This document shows positions 55,901 through 64,000 of a stretch of DNA of 64,000 nt, one piece after another. This stretch comes from Bacteroidota bacterium. GTDB lineage: Bacteria; Bacteroidota; Bacteroidia; JADZBD01. Made by a program: the position numbers and the translations under genes. The stretch spans positions 13,793-77,792 of the forward strand of contig JBFLYZ010000008.1 of NCBI GenBank assembly GCA_040756415.1, read 5' to 3'. The notes beneath the pieces were generated by a model. That model made no database searches and was not told where the DNA came from. It saw nothing but the letters and a program-made list of their open reading frames with translations. Positions within the stretch are counted from its first letter, which is position 1; each line of letters starts with the position of its first letter.

Positions 55901-58900
55901 GCAATACCAGCTCTATCGGCTATATCAGTTTCGCCCGGGTGGATATTTCGGGCGTGAACAGCCCCCGCTCGGTCAGGGCGGCCGATATTGACGGTGACGG
56001 TAAGGCCGATGTTATAGTGGGTAACGGAGGAGCCAGCAATTTTACCGCTTTCCGTAACCTGAGCACGCCTGGCAATATCTCGTTCGCGGCAGGGGTGAAC
56101 GTGACCACTTCCGCGAGCGTCAATGACATATCGCTTGCCGATATGGATAACGATGGCAAGGTGGATGTGATCGCAGGCCTTACCACTACCACCATCAGCG
56201 TGATACGTAACAACAACGTATCGGGCAATATCAGCTCCGGCCTGTTCACTACTTCGGCCAATGTGACCGCGCTTTACAGCTCGCCCTATACCGAAGTATA
56301 TGACCTGGATGGAGATACCCGCCACGATATTGTAGCGGGCTATATGGCCTATCCGACCATTTCGGTGTTCGAACACACCTCTAATTTTGTTTTTGCCGCG
56401 CGCGTTGACCTTACCGGCAGCAGCTCCGGATCGGCCTGGCTGAGCATCAATGACTTCAGCCTTGACGGCAAATCCGATATCGTAGCGGCTACAGGCGGCA
56501 CCACCATCAGCACGCTTAATAACGTGATGACCCCGCTCGACCTGGAGCCGACCACGCAGGCCAGCAACATTACTTTTTCAGCCATTACCCAAACCTCCAT
56601 GACGGTTAACTTTACCGCGGGCAGCGGTTCCGACCGGATCGTGATCGCGCGGCAGGGCTCACCGGTCACCTTTGTTCCTTTTGACGGGGTGAACTATGTG
56701 CCTAACTCCTCGTTCGGCTCGGGAGCCGACCTGGGTGGCGGACAATACGTAGTGTTCAACTCCAACACTTCTTCAGCCCCCGTAACCAACCTGTTATCCA
56801 ACACACAGTATTATTTCGCTATTTATGAGTATAACGGCAGTAGTTGCGATTACAATTACCTGACCACCACGGTGGCCTCCAATAGCGCCACTACGCTCAA
56901 CACCCCGCCTACGCTGGCCGCCATCAGCAATCCCGCGGCCATTTGCCAGAACGCAGGACAGCAGACCGTTAACCTGACCGGCATAGGCAGCGGGGCTGTT
57001 AACGAAGTGCAAACGCTGAGCGTAACGGCCACTTCCAACAACCAGACACTTATCCCGAACGGCAACATCTCGGTGACCTACACCAGCCCCAGCACCACGG
57101 GCAGCGTTTCGTATACTCCTGCCAACGGGCAGTCGGGTACTGCTATCATTACCGTGACCGTAAACGATAACGCATCAAACAATAACACCAGCCAGCAAAC
57201 CTTTACGGTGACGGTGAATGCTCCGCCTACAACCGCAGCGGCCGGGCCTAACCAGAACATCTGCCTTTCATCCACCGCACTGGCTGCCAACACCCCAGCG
57301 GTAGGAACAGGCACATGGTCCTTTATTTATACTTCGAACGGTGCCATCACCATCGCCAATGTGAATTCTCCTACCTCAGCCATCAGCAACTTCAACGTGG
57401 GCGATTCGGTACGGCTGCAATGGACCATCAGCAACGCGCCCTGCGCCAGTTCCACTTCGCAGGTGAGCATCAAACGAGGCAACTGCCCGCTCGATGCCAA
57501 CTTCTCGGCTAACCAGACCAGCTTCTGCGGCACTTCGGCCAATGTTACATTTACCGATGCCTCCACCGCCCAGTCGACCACCATTACACAGTGGTCGTGG
57601 TCCTTCCCGGGCGGAACACCGGCAACGGTGGTAAATGCCACCAACGCCCCAGTGAATGTAAGCTATACCGCCCCCGGGTCGTATCATGCGTACCTTACCA
57701 TTACGGATAACACGGCTTCTACCAACACTGAAACGCGGCTTAATTACATCAACATCACGGCCCTGCCATCCAATCCCGGCAATAATATCAGCGGCAGCGC
57801 CAGCGTTTGCCAGGGCCAGACCAGCGTGAACTATTCGGTGACCGCCATCACTGGTGCCACCAGCTATTCGTGGGCTGTGCCTTCGGGAGCAACGATCACT
57901 TCCGGGCAGGGCACCCAGAATATCGTAGTGGATTATGGACCTACGGCCACTACCGGCAACGTAACCGTAGTGGGTGTGAACAGTTGCGGAAACAGCCTAA
58001 ACACCAGCTTCTTTATCGTAACGGTGAACCCGCTGCCCGGAAGCACCCCAGTCATCACCGGCCCGTCAAGCGTTTGCCAGGGGCAGAACAACGTGAGCTT
58101 CTCGGTAGCTTCCATCAGCAACGCCACGGGATACAGTTGGGTGGTGCCGCCTGGCGCAACCATCATCAGCGGCAACAATACCAACTCCATTACGGTGAAC
58201 TTCTCCGGCTCAGCCGTGAGCGGAACGGTGAATGTGTTCGGCACCAACAGTTGCGGAACAGGAAGCTCGGCTAACGGGTATACGCTTACGGTCAACCCCC
58301 TGCCGGATGCGGCAGGAGCAATTACCGGAAGCGTTGCGGTTTGCCAGGGCGATACGGTGGTGTACAGCATCACGCAATTGGGCAATACCAGTTCTTATAA
58401 CTGGAGCGTTCCTACCGGAGCCACCATCATATCGGGTAATAATACCAATAGCGTTACCGTTTCCTTCGGTCTCAGTGCCGTATCCGGTACTATCAGCGTG
58501 AATGGCGTGAATGCCTGCGGTAACGGAGCTTCTTCATCTGTATCGGTAACTGTAAATCCGCTTCCCGGCAATGCCACCAGCATAGTAGGCTCAACTACCG
58601 TTTGCGCGGGCGATAACAGCGAGATCTACTTTGTTTCGGCCATTACGAACGCGGTTAACTACAGTTGGACCCTGCCCCCGGGCTTCAGCATTGTGACCGG
58701 TAATAACACGAATGCCGTACAGATCAGCATCTCGCCCGTTGCCCAGTCAGGTACGATCAGCGTTTACGGCTCCAACTCCTGCGGTGACGGGGCTTCGTCC
58801 AGCATAAGCGTTACGGTCAACCCGCTGCCCGATTCGGCAGGCGTGATCACCGGTGCCGACACGGTGTGCCAGGGCCAGACGGGAGTTATCTATACCGTTC

Positions 58901-60246
58901 CCGTAATTGCCAATGCCACGGGTTACAACTGGAACCTGCCTCCGGGTGCGAGCATCGTAGCAGGCAGCAATACCAACAGCATTACGGTCGATTACTCTAT
59001 CACCGCCCAGTCGGGCTATGTTACGGTTACGGGCACCAACACTTGCGGTGACGGATTGACCACCGACAGCCTGGCCATACTGGTCAATCCGCTGCCCGGG
59101 GCCGCGGGCGTGATCGTGGGCGACAGCTCCATACAGATCTGCCCGATGCAGACCGGGGTGATCTACACTATTCCCGCTGTGGCTAACGCCACATCCTATA
59201 GCTGGACCCTGCCCAGTGGTGCCAGCATCGTAAGCGGCAACAATACGAATACGATCACCGTGGATTACCAGACCGGTGCGCAATCGGGCCCCATTACCGT
59301 TACACCCGTGAACGGCTGCGGAACAGGCGCTACCTCCACTTCTTTTATCAGCGTGGATTCGGTACAGGGCGTAAGCGTGTGCATGGTTACGGTGGATTCG
59401 GCTTCGGCCTATAACCGCGTGGTGTGGGATAAGCCGGTGACCACGCAGATCGATTCATTCCGCATTTACCGCGAAATATCCAGCAACTTTGTGCAGATCG
59501 ATGCGGTGCCTTACAGCGCCTACAGCGTTTATGTAGATTCCGTCTATACGCCACTGGCCAATCCCAACAATACGAACTACCGGTACAAGATATCGGCTGT
59601 CGATGCCTGCGGCAACGAAAGCGTGCTGAGCGAATACCACCGCACCATCTTCCTGCAGGCCAACCAGGGAGTTGGAAACGTGGTCAACCTGAGCTGGATC
59701 ACCTACGAGGGTAATACCGTTAACCAGTATTACATTTACCGCGATACCACCGGCACCGGCAACCTCGACCTGATCGATTCCGTTCCGGGAAGCAATACGG
59801 TGTTCACCGACAACAATCCTTCGCAGAACATGACCACGCTGCGTTATGTGCTGGGTGTCGACTGGACCGTGAACTGCAATCCTACGCTGAAAGTGATAGA
59901 GGACAATAATATCCTGGCCGCGATCAACACCTCGCATTCCAATATCAAGAACCTGGTCTACGTGCCCAGCGGGGTAGGCGATGCCGGGGCGGCTTACGGC
60001 CTGAGCATTTACCCGAACCCGAACAGCGGCTTGTTTACTATTACACTCAAAGACCTGAACGTGACCGGTTGCGCGGTGACTGTTTACGATGAGCTGGGCC
60101 AGTTGGTATACGCAGAGAACCTTTCTGACGGGCAGAACGGCTGGATCAGCTCTACGCTTGACCTTACGCGTCTGGCCAAAGGAGTTTACAGCGTGCGCGT
60201 GGAGATCGATGGCAGGCAGGCGGTAAGAAAGCTGGTCATACAGTAG
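52954..60246 (+). CDS. Giant T9SS-secreted multi-domain adhesin-like protein (FN3-like, LamG, IPT/TIG, FG-GAP, PKD and PKD-like repeats, T9SS CTD)
   Basis: 2430 aa. Signal peptide. FN3-like modules. LamG/ConA-like (…FDGTNDYVSVPYNSL…FDGRYTYLYVDGARKDEY…). IPT (…PTITSFSPLNGGLGTVVTITGTNF…). About 7 FG-GAP repeats (DLDGKADLLF, DIDGDGKADVIVG, DMDNDGKVDVIAG). PKD. At least 6 repeats of about 85 aa (…VCQGQ…YSW…P.GA.I.SGNNTN.ITV…CG.G). C-terminal T9SS CTD (…LSIYPNPNSGLFTITL…GVYSVRVEIDGRQ…). Confidence 0.85.
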   Translation: MNKHILFFAGLLGLLFSVNMKAQTPTIGASNIQFTSIGTTSLGLTWTRGNGQYCLVVCRPSTSGAALPSNGSNYAASSTFGSGSNLGSSNYVVYEGTGASMTIFGLTSYVQYTVTIFEFNIDGFGFEWYKTNVYPSASHYTLAASPTTAPSGLTAYSFGSNYAYFSWTPGNGTYSILGMRQSTALSGSPADGTDYAYSGCHGSGGSWGTASPYTYDVYDGTGSTGIYTYCLSPQTNYAVSVYTFNGLYGGNNYYSIPASEYFTTLSTEPTSACNWLYITDITDNAFTINWMKPSGSGSNSLVTVKAGSTNTNLPSDMSVYTANSVFGSGSQIGSGAYVVYNSSGNSVRVTGLTTGTVYTVAVFEWNGIVGTFNNTHNYLTSSYQTQTTQTNDPEPTTIPSGLTLTPSSTSVTATWTNGNGNKRIALVKPTRVRTAMAFDGTNDYVSVPYNSLLQPPSYVTVEAWAYKSNWASSVGWQTIAGNQEGTGGYQLFLFNNYAYGYAYRNGSSGAVYNDISYLTPGWHHFALVFDGRYTYLYVDGARKDEYDSGANYSMQYAYANSFIIGADAGTGTTPTGNYFNGYLDEVRVWNTARTYSEIRSNMYTSLYGNETGLIAEWKMDEGYASTSTVANNSINYTLLNGTMNNMTTTAASSFTGTSGWILSGSGVNEPVDFTMYGANSVFMNGAQVGNQYYAVYNSTGTSVTVTGLTPGTYYNFALFEFNSTLYNNFKTDDYLTQDFQTIAAPIPTITSFSPLNGGLGTVVTITGTNFDGTTPSNNIVYFGTERATVVASTATTVTAIVPYCTNNPPISVTVNSLTAYSNKPFVVTSSCNSAISTGSFTAGTTTGGSSRQGTASADMDLDGKADLLFTDPGFGAFYITKNTSTNGTLTWGTTSGWAVSNPCEIEVADLDGDNKLDPIIVSSLNDRITTYRNISTSSFNMSGKLDFATLAGPSDISVADIDKDGKPDILVSYSSGTSFTVFRNTSSIGYISFARVDISGVNSPRSVRAADIDGDGKADVIVGNGGASNFTAFRNLSTPGNISFAAGVNVTTSASVNDISLADMDNDGKVDVIAGLTTTTISVIRNNNVSGNISSGLFTTSANVTALYSSPYTEVYDLDGDTRHDIVAGYMAYPTISVFEHTSNFVFAARVDLTGSSSGSAWLSINDFSLDGKSDIVAATGGTTISTLNNVMTPLDLEPTTQASNITFSAITQTSMTVNFTAGSGSDRIVIARQGSPVTFVPFDGVNYVPNSSFGSGADLGGGQYVVFNSNTSSAPVTNLLSNTQYYFAIYEYNGSSCDYNYLTTTVASNSATTLNTPPTLAAISNPAAICQNAGQQTVNLTGIGSGAVNEVQTLSVTATSNNQTLIPNGNISVTYTSPSTTGSVSYTPANGQSGTAIITVTVNDNASNNNTSQQTFTVTVNAPPTTAAAGPNQNICLSSTALAANTPAVGTGTWSFIYTSNGAITIANVNSPTSAISNFNVGDSVRLQWTISNAPCASSTSQVSIKRGNCPLDANFSANQTSFCGTSANVTFTDASTAQSTTITQWSWSFPGGTPATVVNATNAPVNVSYTAPGSYHAYLTITDNTASTNTETRLNYINITALPSNPGNNISGSASVCQGQTSVNYSVTAITGATSYSWAVPSGATITSGQGTQNIVVDYGPTATTGNVTVVGVNSCGNSLNTSFFIVTVNPLPGSTPVITGPSSVCQGQNNVSFSVASISNATGYSWVVPPGATIISGNNTNSITVNFSGSAVSGTVNVFGTNSCGTGSSANGYTLTVNPLPDAAGAITGSVAVCQGDTVVYSITQLGNTSSYNWSVPTGATIISGNNTNSVTVSFGLSAVSGTISVNGVNACGNGASSSVSVTVNPLPGNATSIVGSTTVCAGDNSEIYFVSAITNAVNYSWTLPPGFSIVTGNNTNAVQISISPVAQSGTISVYGSNSCGDGASSSISVTVNPLPDSAGVITGADTVCQGQTGVIYTVPVIANATGYNWNLPPGASIVAGSNTNSITVDYSITAQSGYVTVTGTNTCGDGLTTDSLAILVNPLPGAAGVIVGDSSIQICPMQTGVIYTIPAVANATSYSWTLPSGASIVSGNNTNTITVDYQTGAQSGPITVTPVNGCGTGATSTSFISVDSVQGVSVCMVTVDSASAYNRVVWDKPVTTQIDSFRIYREISSNFVQIDAVPYSAYSVYVDSVYTPLANPNNTNYRYKISAVDACGNESVLSEYHRTIFLQANQGVGNVVNLSWITYEGNTVNQYYIYRDTTGTGNLDLIDSVPGSNTVFTDNNPSQNMTTLRYVLGVDWTVNCNPTLKVIEDNNILAAINTSHSNIKNLVYVPSGVGDAGAAYGLSIYPNPNSGLFTITLKDLNVTGCAVTVYDELGQLVYAENLSDGQNGWISSTLDLTRLAKGVYSVRVEIDGRQAVRKLVIQ
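57750..59350 (+). repeat. Tandem ~255-270-nt coding repeats (PKD-like 85-aa modules) inside the giant gene
   Basis: Units begin near 57751, 58027, 58283, 58543, 58816 and 59082, each with AACCCGCTGCCCGG-like starts. Confidence 0.7.
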
Positions 60247-60268
60247 AATATCCGCATTGGTGTTACAA

Positions 60269-60300
60269 GGAAGCCCCGGTACGGGGCTTCTTTTTTTTCT
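60269..60300 (+). terminator. Intrinsic terminator after the giant gene
   Basis: GAAGCCCCGgtacGGGGCTTCttttttttt. Confidence 0.85.
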
Positions 60301-60342
60301 AGAATTATATCCCTACTTTTGGTATCACTTTAAAACACCCCT

Positions 60343-63300
60343 ATGAAACATCTCTACTCCCTTGCGGCCATTGGATTGTTCGCCTGCAACACTTTGCTTT
60401 TCGGACAGGTCAGCGTCAGCCCCCAAAACTCTTCCGGCTGCGCACCGCATATGGTTAACTTCTTATGCACGGCACCCGGGGCCACCTATTACATCTGGTA
60501 TTTTGATGATGGCCCTCAAACCGGGTTCACCACCAATAACGTGATGCCCCATACGTTTGGCCCGCGCATGGTGCCCTATAACGGATGGGTATCAGCTTAC
60601 GATGCTTCCTACATGTTCCTGGGACAGGCTGCTTTTTTTATTAATGTGAACGGTGCGGAGGATTCGCTGACCACCACTAACTACAATCCCTGCCCTGGCG
60701 ATATGGTGGTTTTTGATATTGGCGGAACAACCAATCCATCGAATATCGACTGGGATTTCGGGGACGGATCGCAGCTTAACAATGTTCCTTATTATGGCGT
60801 ACAGCACATTTATACATCACCGGGCACCTATTATCCCCGTGCCGTGGTGACAACCGGCTGCGGAACCGATACGCTGTGGCAGGTGGTTAACGTAAGCACT
60901 TCAGGGGTATTCCCCCCCTTTGTAAACACCTATATTCCTGTAGACAGCCTTTGCCCTGGCGACCCATTTACCGTCTATCCCCATTATATGTATCCCAATT
61001 ATGTGATCGATTGGGGGGATGGTAATTTTTCCACAGCACAAAACGCCCATGTGTACAATGCCCCGGGCAGTTACCTGGTCAAGGTAACTTACATCAACGG
61101 CTGCGGAAATACGCTTACGCAATCGGGAATAGCCACGGTGGCCAACAACCTGCCCATCAGCACTGTCCCCTTCATCGATATCTATCCCGATTCGGCCTGC
61201 ATCAATAGCAACGTGACCTTTTATCCGTACCCCGAGGCCTACGCCAGCTTCTCGTGGAATTTCGGGCCCAATGATAATGCGCTTACCAAAGTGGCCATTC
61301 GGCAGTTCACCAGTACAGGCGATAAGCCGGTAACGCTAACCGTCACCAATGGATGCGGCTATTCGGCAACAGCATATGATACGGTACGTATCGTGAGCAA
61401 TATTCCCATACCTCCCGGAGGACTGAACGTGTTCCCGCCTACTATTTGCCCGGGCGGTGCGGTGATGACCGAAGGCAATGTAAGCATGGGTGATGACAGG
61501 GACTACCTGTTTAGCTGGGATTACGGTGACGGCAATACCGGCACCGGCCGGCAGACCACGCACAGCTACGCTTCCGCGGGGTCATATACGATCACGCTCA
61601 CCATATCCAATGCCTGCGGCAACGCCCAAACGTATACAGCCCCCGTTACCGTGGCCACTAACGTTCAGCCCGATTCTGCGCAGTTCCTGTTCGGGCCCGT
61701 GCCATTCCAGCAGGCTTCTGTGCCGGGTTGTATTGGCGACAGCATGGTGTTCATCTTTGCTCCCGTCAGCTCTGCGGATTCCGTCATCTGGGATTTCGGT
61801 GATATGAGCAGCGGCATTGCAACGCAGGAGATCACCGTGGAAGGCGGCACCTACCGCATCATCAAGCATATGTATACCTCCAATGGAACGTTCTATCCGC
61901 GGGTTACATATAAGAATACCTGCGGCAATTCGTTCACAGCCTATCCGCCCAACTCGGTCACCATAGGCAGCAATTATTCTATCGAAGAGACCAACATATT
62001 CTTTGATGAGGCTGCCTACCATTGCCAGGGCAAAGATGTGACCTTTTATTCCTACGGAGGCAGCTATTACATCTGGAACTTCGGTGACGGAACGGGCGAT
62101 TTCATCAGCTATAATACGCTCGTGCCCATGAACCATGCCTTTCAGAACGCAGGGCAGTATACGGTCACCTGCAGGGTAACCAACGGGTGCGGCTATTCGG
62201 TTACCGACAGCGTGATGATCACCATTCCGGTCTCTGAGATCAACATCAATACCAACACGGTAAGCGCTTCCTGTGGCGTGAACAACGGCACGGCCATCGC
62301 GATCGGTAACGGGGGAGCGACCCCTTATACCTATCAATGGTCGAACGGTAACAGTACGTTCATGGCCGATAGCCTGGCATCGGGTATTTATGTGGTTACC
62401 ATCACCGATGTGCATGGCTGCTCGAACTTTGCCATCGCTACGGTAAGCGACCAGCAGGCCCCGGCCATCGCGGTAAGTACCGTGATCGATGTATCGTGTT
62501 ATGGAGGTAACAACGGAGCCATTGATATTAATCCCATAGGCAGCAGCGCTCCCTATACTTACCTCTGGTCGAACGGGGCCACCACGCAGGATATCAACCA
62601 ACTGGTAGCCGGCCCTTACGAGGTAGAGGTGACTGATGCCAACGGTTGCAAGTCCACGAAAAGCGTTATGGTGGGCCAGCCGCCCGAAGTGGTGCTGTCT
62701 ACCCTGAGCGGACTGGCCACCTGCGGAAACAGCGATGGCAGCGCTGGTGTTGCTGTTGGCGGTACCACGGGCCCGTATAATTATATCTGGTCGAATGGCG
62801 CAACTACACAAACCATTTATGGCCTGCAGGCGGGCATCTATACCGTAACCGTGGTCGATAACAACGGATGCATCTATTCGCAGAATGTGGCGGTCAATAA
62901 CCAGAATGCGCCCATTATCGTTGTCGACTCCATTACCGGAACGGGCTGCTCCAACAGCCTGGCAAGTGTGTATGTGCGTACGATCAACGGCGCCAACCCG
63001 CTTTCTTATTCCTGGTCGAATGGGGCAACCACCCAGGACCTGCTGAACGTGCCTGTAGGCATGTATACGCTTAAGGTGACCGATGCCAACGGCTGCAAAT
63101 CGTTCAGGCAGGTCACCATCGCCAAGGATGAGCCGGCCGGCACTGCCCTTTGTATAGTTACCGTGGATACGGTGACCGGGTTCAATAAAGTAGTGTGGAA
63201 CGAGGATACAAGCGCTACCGATATTGCCGGGTTCAACATTTACAAGGAAAGCACGCTCAGCGGCTTGTATTACCAGGTGGGATATGTGGATTTCGACAGC

Positions 63301-64000
63301 GCCAGCATATGGGTCGACAGCCTTTCTGATTCGCGTGTGCGTTCGTGGAGGTATAAAGTGGCCGTAGTGGACAATTGCGGCAACGAGTCGGCATGGAGCG
63401 GTGAGCACAAGACCATACACCTGAACGTGAACGTAGGGATCAACAACTCGTACAACCTGATCTGGGACCATTACGAAGGGTTCAGCTTCAGCACCTATGA
63501 GATCTATCGTTACTCCCAGGCCAACGGCTGGCAGTACCTAGGCAACGTTCCCAGCAATATTATGTCGTATACGGACCTCAATCCGCCCGTGAACACCATT
63601 GCCTACATGGTTGACGCGGTGCCTTCGTTCACCTGTAATGATAATGCCCGCTATGCAAGCGGAGCTGGAGTGCTGGCTGCAATCAACACCTCGCATTCCA
63701 ATATCAAGAACCTGGTAGCTACGGGACCTGGCGGGGAGGAAGAAAGCATCGTGGCCACAGATTTCAACCTGTATCCCAATCCTTCTTCCGGCAGTGTCGG
63801 TCTGTCTTATCCCTCAAGCGATGACGGGTATACGATCACGGTCTATAACGCCATAGGCGAGATCATATTCAGCTCGGTGATCGCTCCGGGCGATGCGCGC
63901 ATGGCGATCAACCAGAAGACCATCGACCTGAAGGGCCTGGCCAAAGGCATCTATACCATAGGCATTTCCAATAAGAACGGCAGCGTGTACAAAAAGCTCG
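60343..64000 (+). CDS. Second giant T9SS-secreted protein (PKD domains x~7, SprB repeats x~5, FN3-like, C-terminal module). It is partial and continues beyond the window.
   Basis: Signal peptide MKHLYSLAAIGLFA. Repeated …WDFGDG… PKD motifs. SprB-type repeats (…GIYVVTITDVHGC…, …GPYEVEVTDANGCKS…, …GIYTVTVVDNNGC…, …GMYTLKVTDANGCKS…). C-terminal …AINTSHSNIKNLV…LYPNPSSG… matches the preceding gene. The ORF is open at 64000. Confidence 0.8.
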   Translation, partial: MKHLYSLAAIGLFACNTLLFGQVSVSPQNSSGCAPHMVNFLCTAPGATYYIWYFDDGPQTGFTTNNVMPHTFGPRMVPYNGWVSAYDASYMFLGQAAFFINVNGAEDSLTTTNYNPCPGDMVVFDIGGTTNPSNIDWDFGDGSQLNNVPYYGVQHIYTSPGTYYPRAVVTTGCGTDTLWQVVNVSTSGVFPPFVNTYIPVDSLCPGDPFTVYPHYMYPNYVIDWGDGNFSTAQNAHVYNAPGSYLVKVTYINGCGNTLTQSGIATVANNLPISTVPFIDIYPDSACINSNVTFYPYPEAYASFSWNFGPNDNALTKVAIRQFTSTGDKPVTLTVTNGCGYSATAYDTVRIVSNIPIPPGGLNVFPPTICPGGAVMTEGNVSMGDDRDYLFSWDYGDGNTGTGRQTTHSYASAGSYTITLTISNACGNAQTYTAPVTVATNVQPDSAQFLFGPVPFQQASVPGCIGDSMVFIFAPVSSADSVIWDFGDMSSGIATQEITVEGGTYRIIKHMYTSNGTFYPRVTYKNTCGNSFTAYPPNSVTIGSNYSIEETNIFFDEAAYHCQGKDVTFYSYGGSYYIWNFGDGTGDFISYNTLVPMNHAFQNAGQYTVTCRVTNGCGYSVTDSVMITIPVSEININTNTVSASCGVNNGTAIAIGNGGATPYTYQWSNGNSTFMADSLASGIYVVTITDVHGCSNFAIATVSDQQAPAIAVSTVIDVSCYGGNNGAIDINPIGSSAPYTYLWSNGATTQDINQLVAGPYEVEVTDANGCKSTKSVMVGQPPEVVLSTLSGLATCGNSDGSAGVAVGGTTGPYNYIWSNGATTQTIYGLQAGIYTVTVVDNNGCIYSQNVAVNNQNAPIIVVDSITGTGCSNSLASVYVRTINGANPLSYSWSNGATTQDLLNVPVGMYTLKVTDANGCKSFRQVTIAKDEPAGTALCIVTVDTVTGFNKVVWNEDTSATDIAGFNIYKESTLSGLYYQVGYVDFDSASIWVDSLSDSRVRSWRYKVAVVDNCGNESAWSGEHKTIHLNVNVGINNSYNLIWDHYEGFSFSTYEIYRYSQANGWQYLGNVPSNIMSYTDLNPPVNTIAYMVDAVPSFTCNDNARYASGAGVLAAINTSHSNIKNLVATGPGGEEESIVATDFNLYPNPSSGSVGLSYPSSDDGYTITVYNAIGEIIFSSVIAPGDARMAINQKTIDLKGLAKGIYTIGISNKNGSVYKKL
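62230..63130 (+). repeat. Tandem SprB-type coding repeats (~258 nt each)
   Basis: Repeated Y(T/N)Y.WSNG.(T/S)TQ…Y.V.V.D.NGC protein modules. Confidence 0.65.

Noticed and set aside
61582-63471. 629-aa minus-strand ORF inside the second giant gene
   Set aside because: Arg/Gly/His-rich antisense artefact. The + strand encodes coherent PKD and SprB repeats.
1-64000. CRISPR arrays, IS elements/transposases, integrases, rRNA
   Set aside because: I scanned for short regularly spaced direct repeats, DDE-transposase-like ORFs and tyrosine-recombinase motifs and found none. The only repeat arrays are the operator repeats at 18465-18626 and the coding tandem repeats inside the giant genes.

Overview
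This window looks like a chromosomal segment from a GC-rich member of the Bacteroidota, judged by eye. I base that on TAnnTTTG-type -7 boxes directly upstream of starts, many T9SS C-terminal sorting domains, SprB and PKD repeats, and TonB-dependent receptors. It reads as mostly core chromosome. The recognisable genes are rlmN, a polyprenyl synthase, sucA and sucB, a DAHP synthase/chorismate mutase fusion, an MsbA-like ABC exporter, rbfA, a LolC/E permease, a SulP transporter, polA, dusB, ansA, tatD, a GT9 heptosyltransferase, hemJ, kdsB and a tRNA-Ser(GGA). Interspersed are accessory-looking loci: a low-GC 'mobile mystery protein A/B' (HTH plus Fic) cassette with an array of palindromic operator-like repeats; a CotH-kinase-like T9SS cargo protein followed by two further T9SS cargo genes; two T9SS-secreted thioredoxin-fold proteins; an outer-membrane beta-barrel fused to a C-terminal heavy-metal-binding domain; a TPR/SpoIIE (PP2C) phosphatase with a second, truncated paralog; and two tandem giant (>2,400 aa and >1,200 aa) T9SS adhesin-like proteins that share a C-terminal module. 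I saw no CRISPR array, IS element, integrase or rRNA. I did not see one obvious self-contained 'new system'. The best candidates are flagged in the findings, and every call rests on motifs I could read directly, without database searches.
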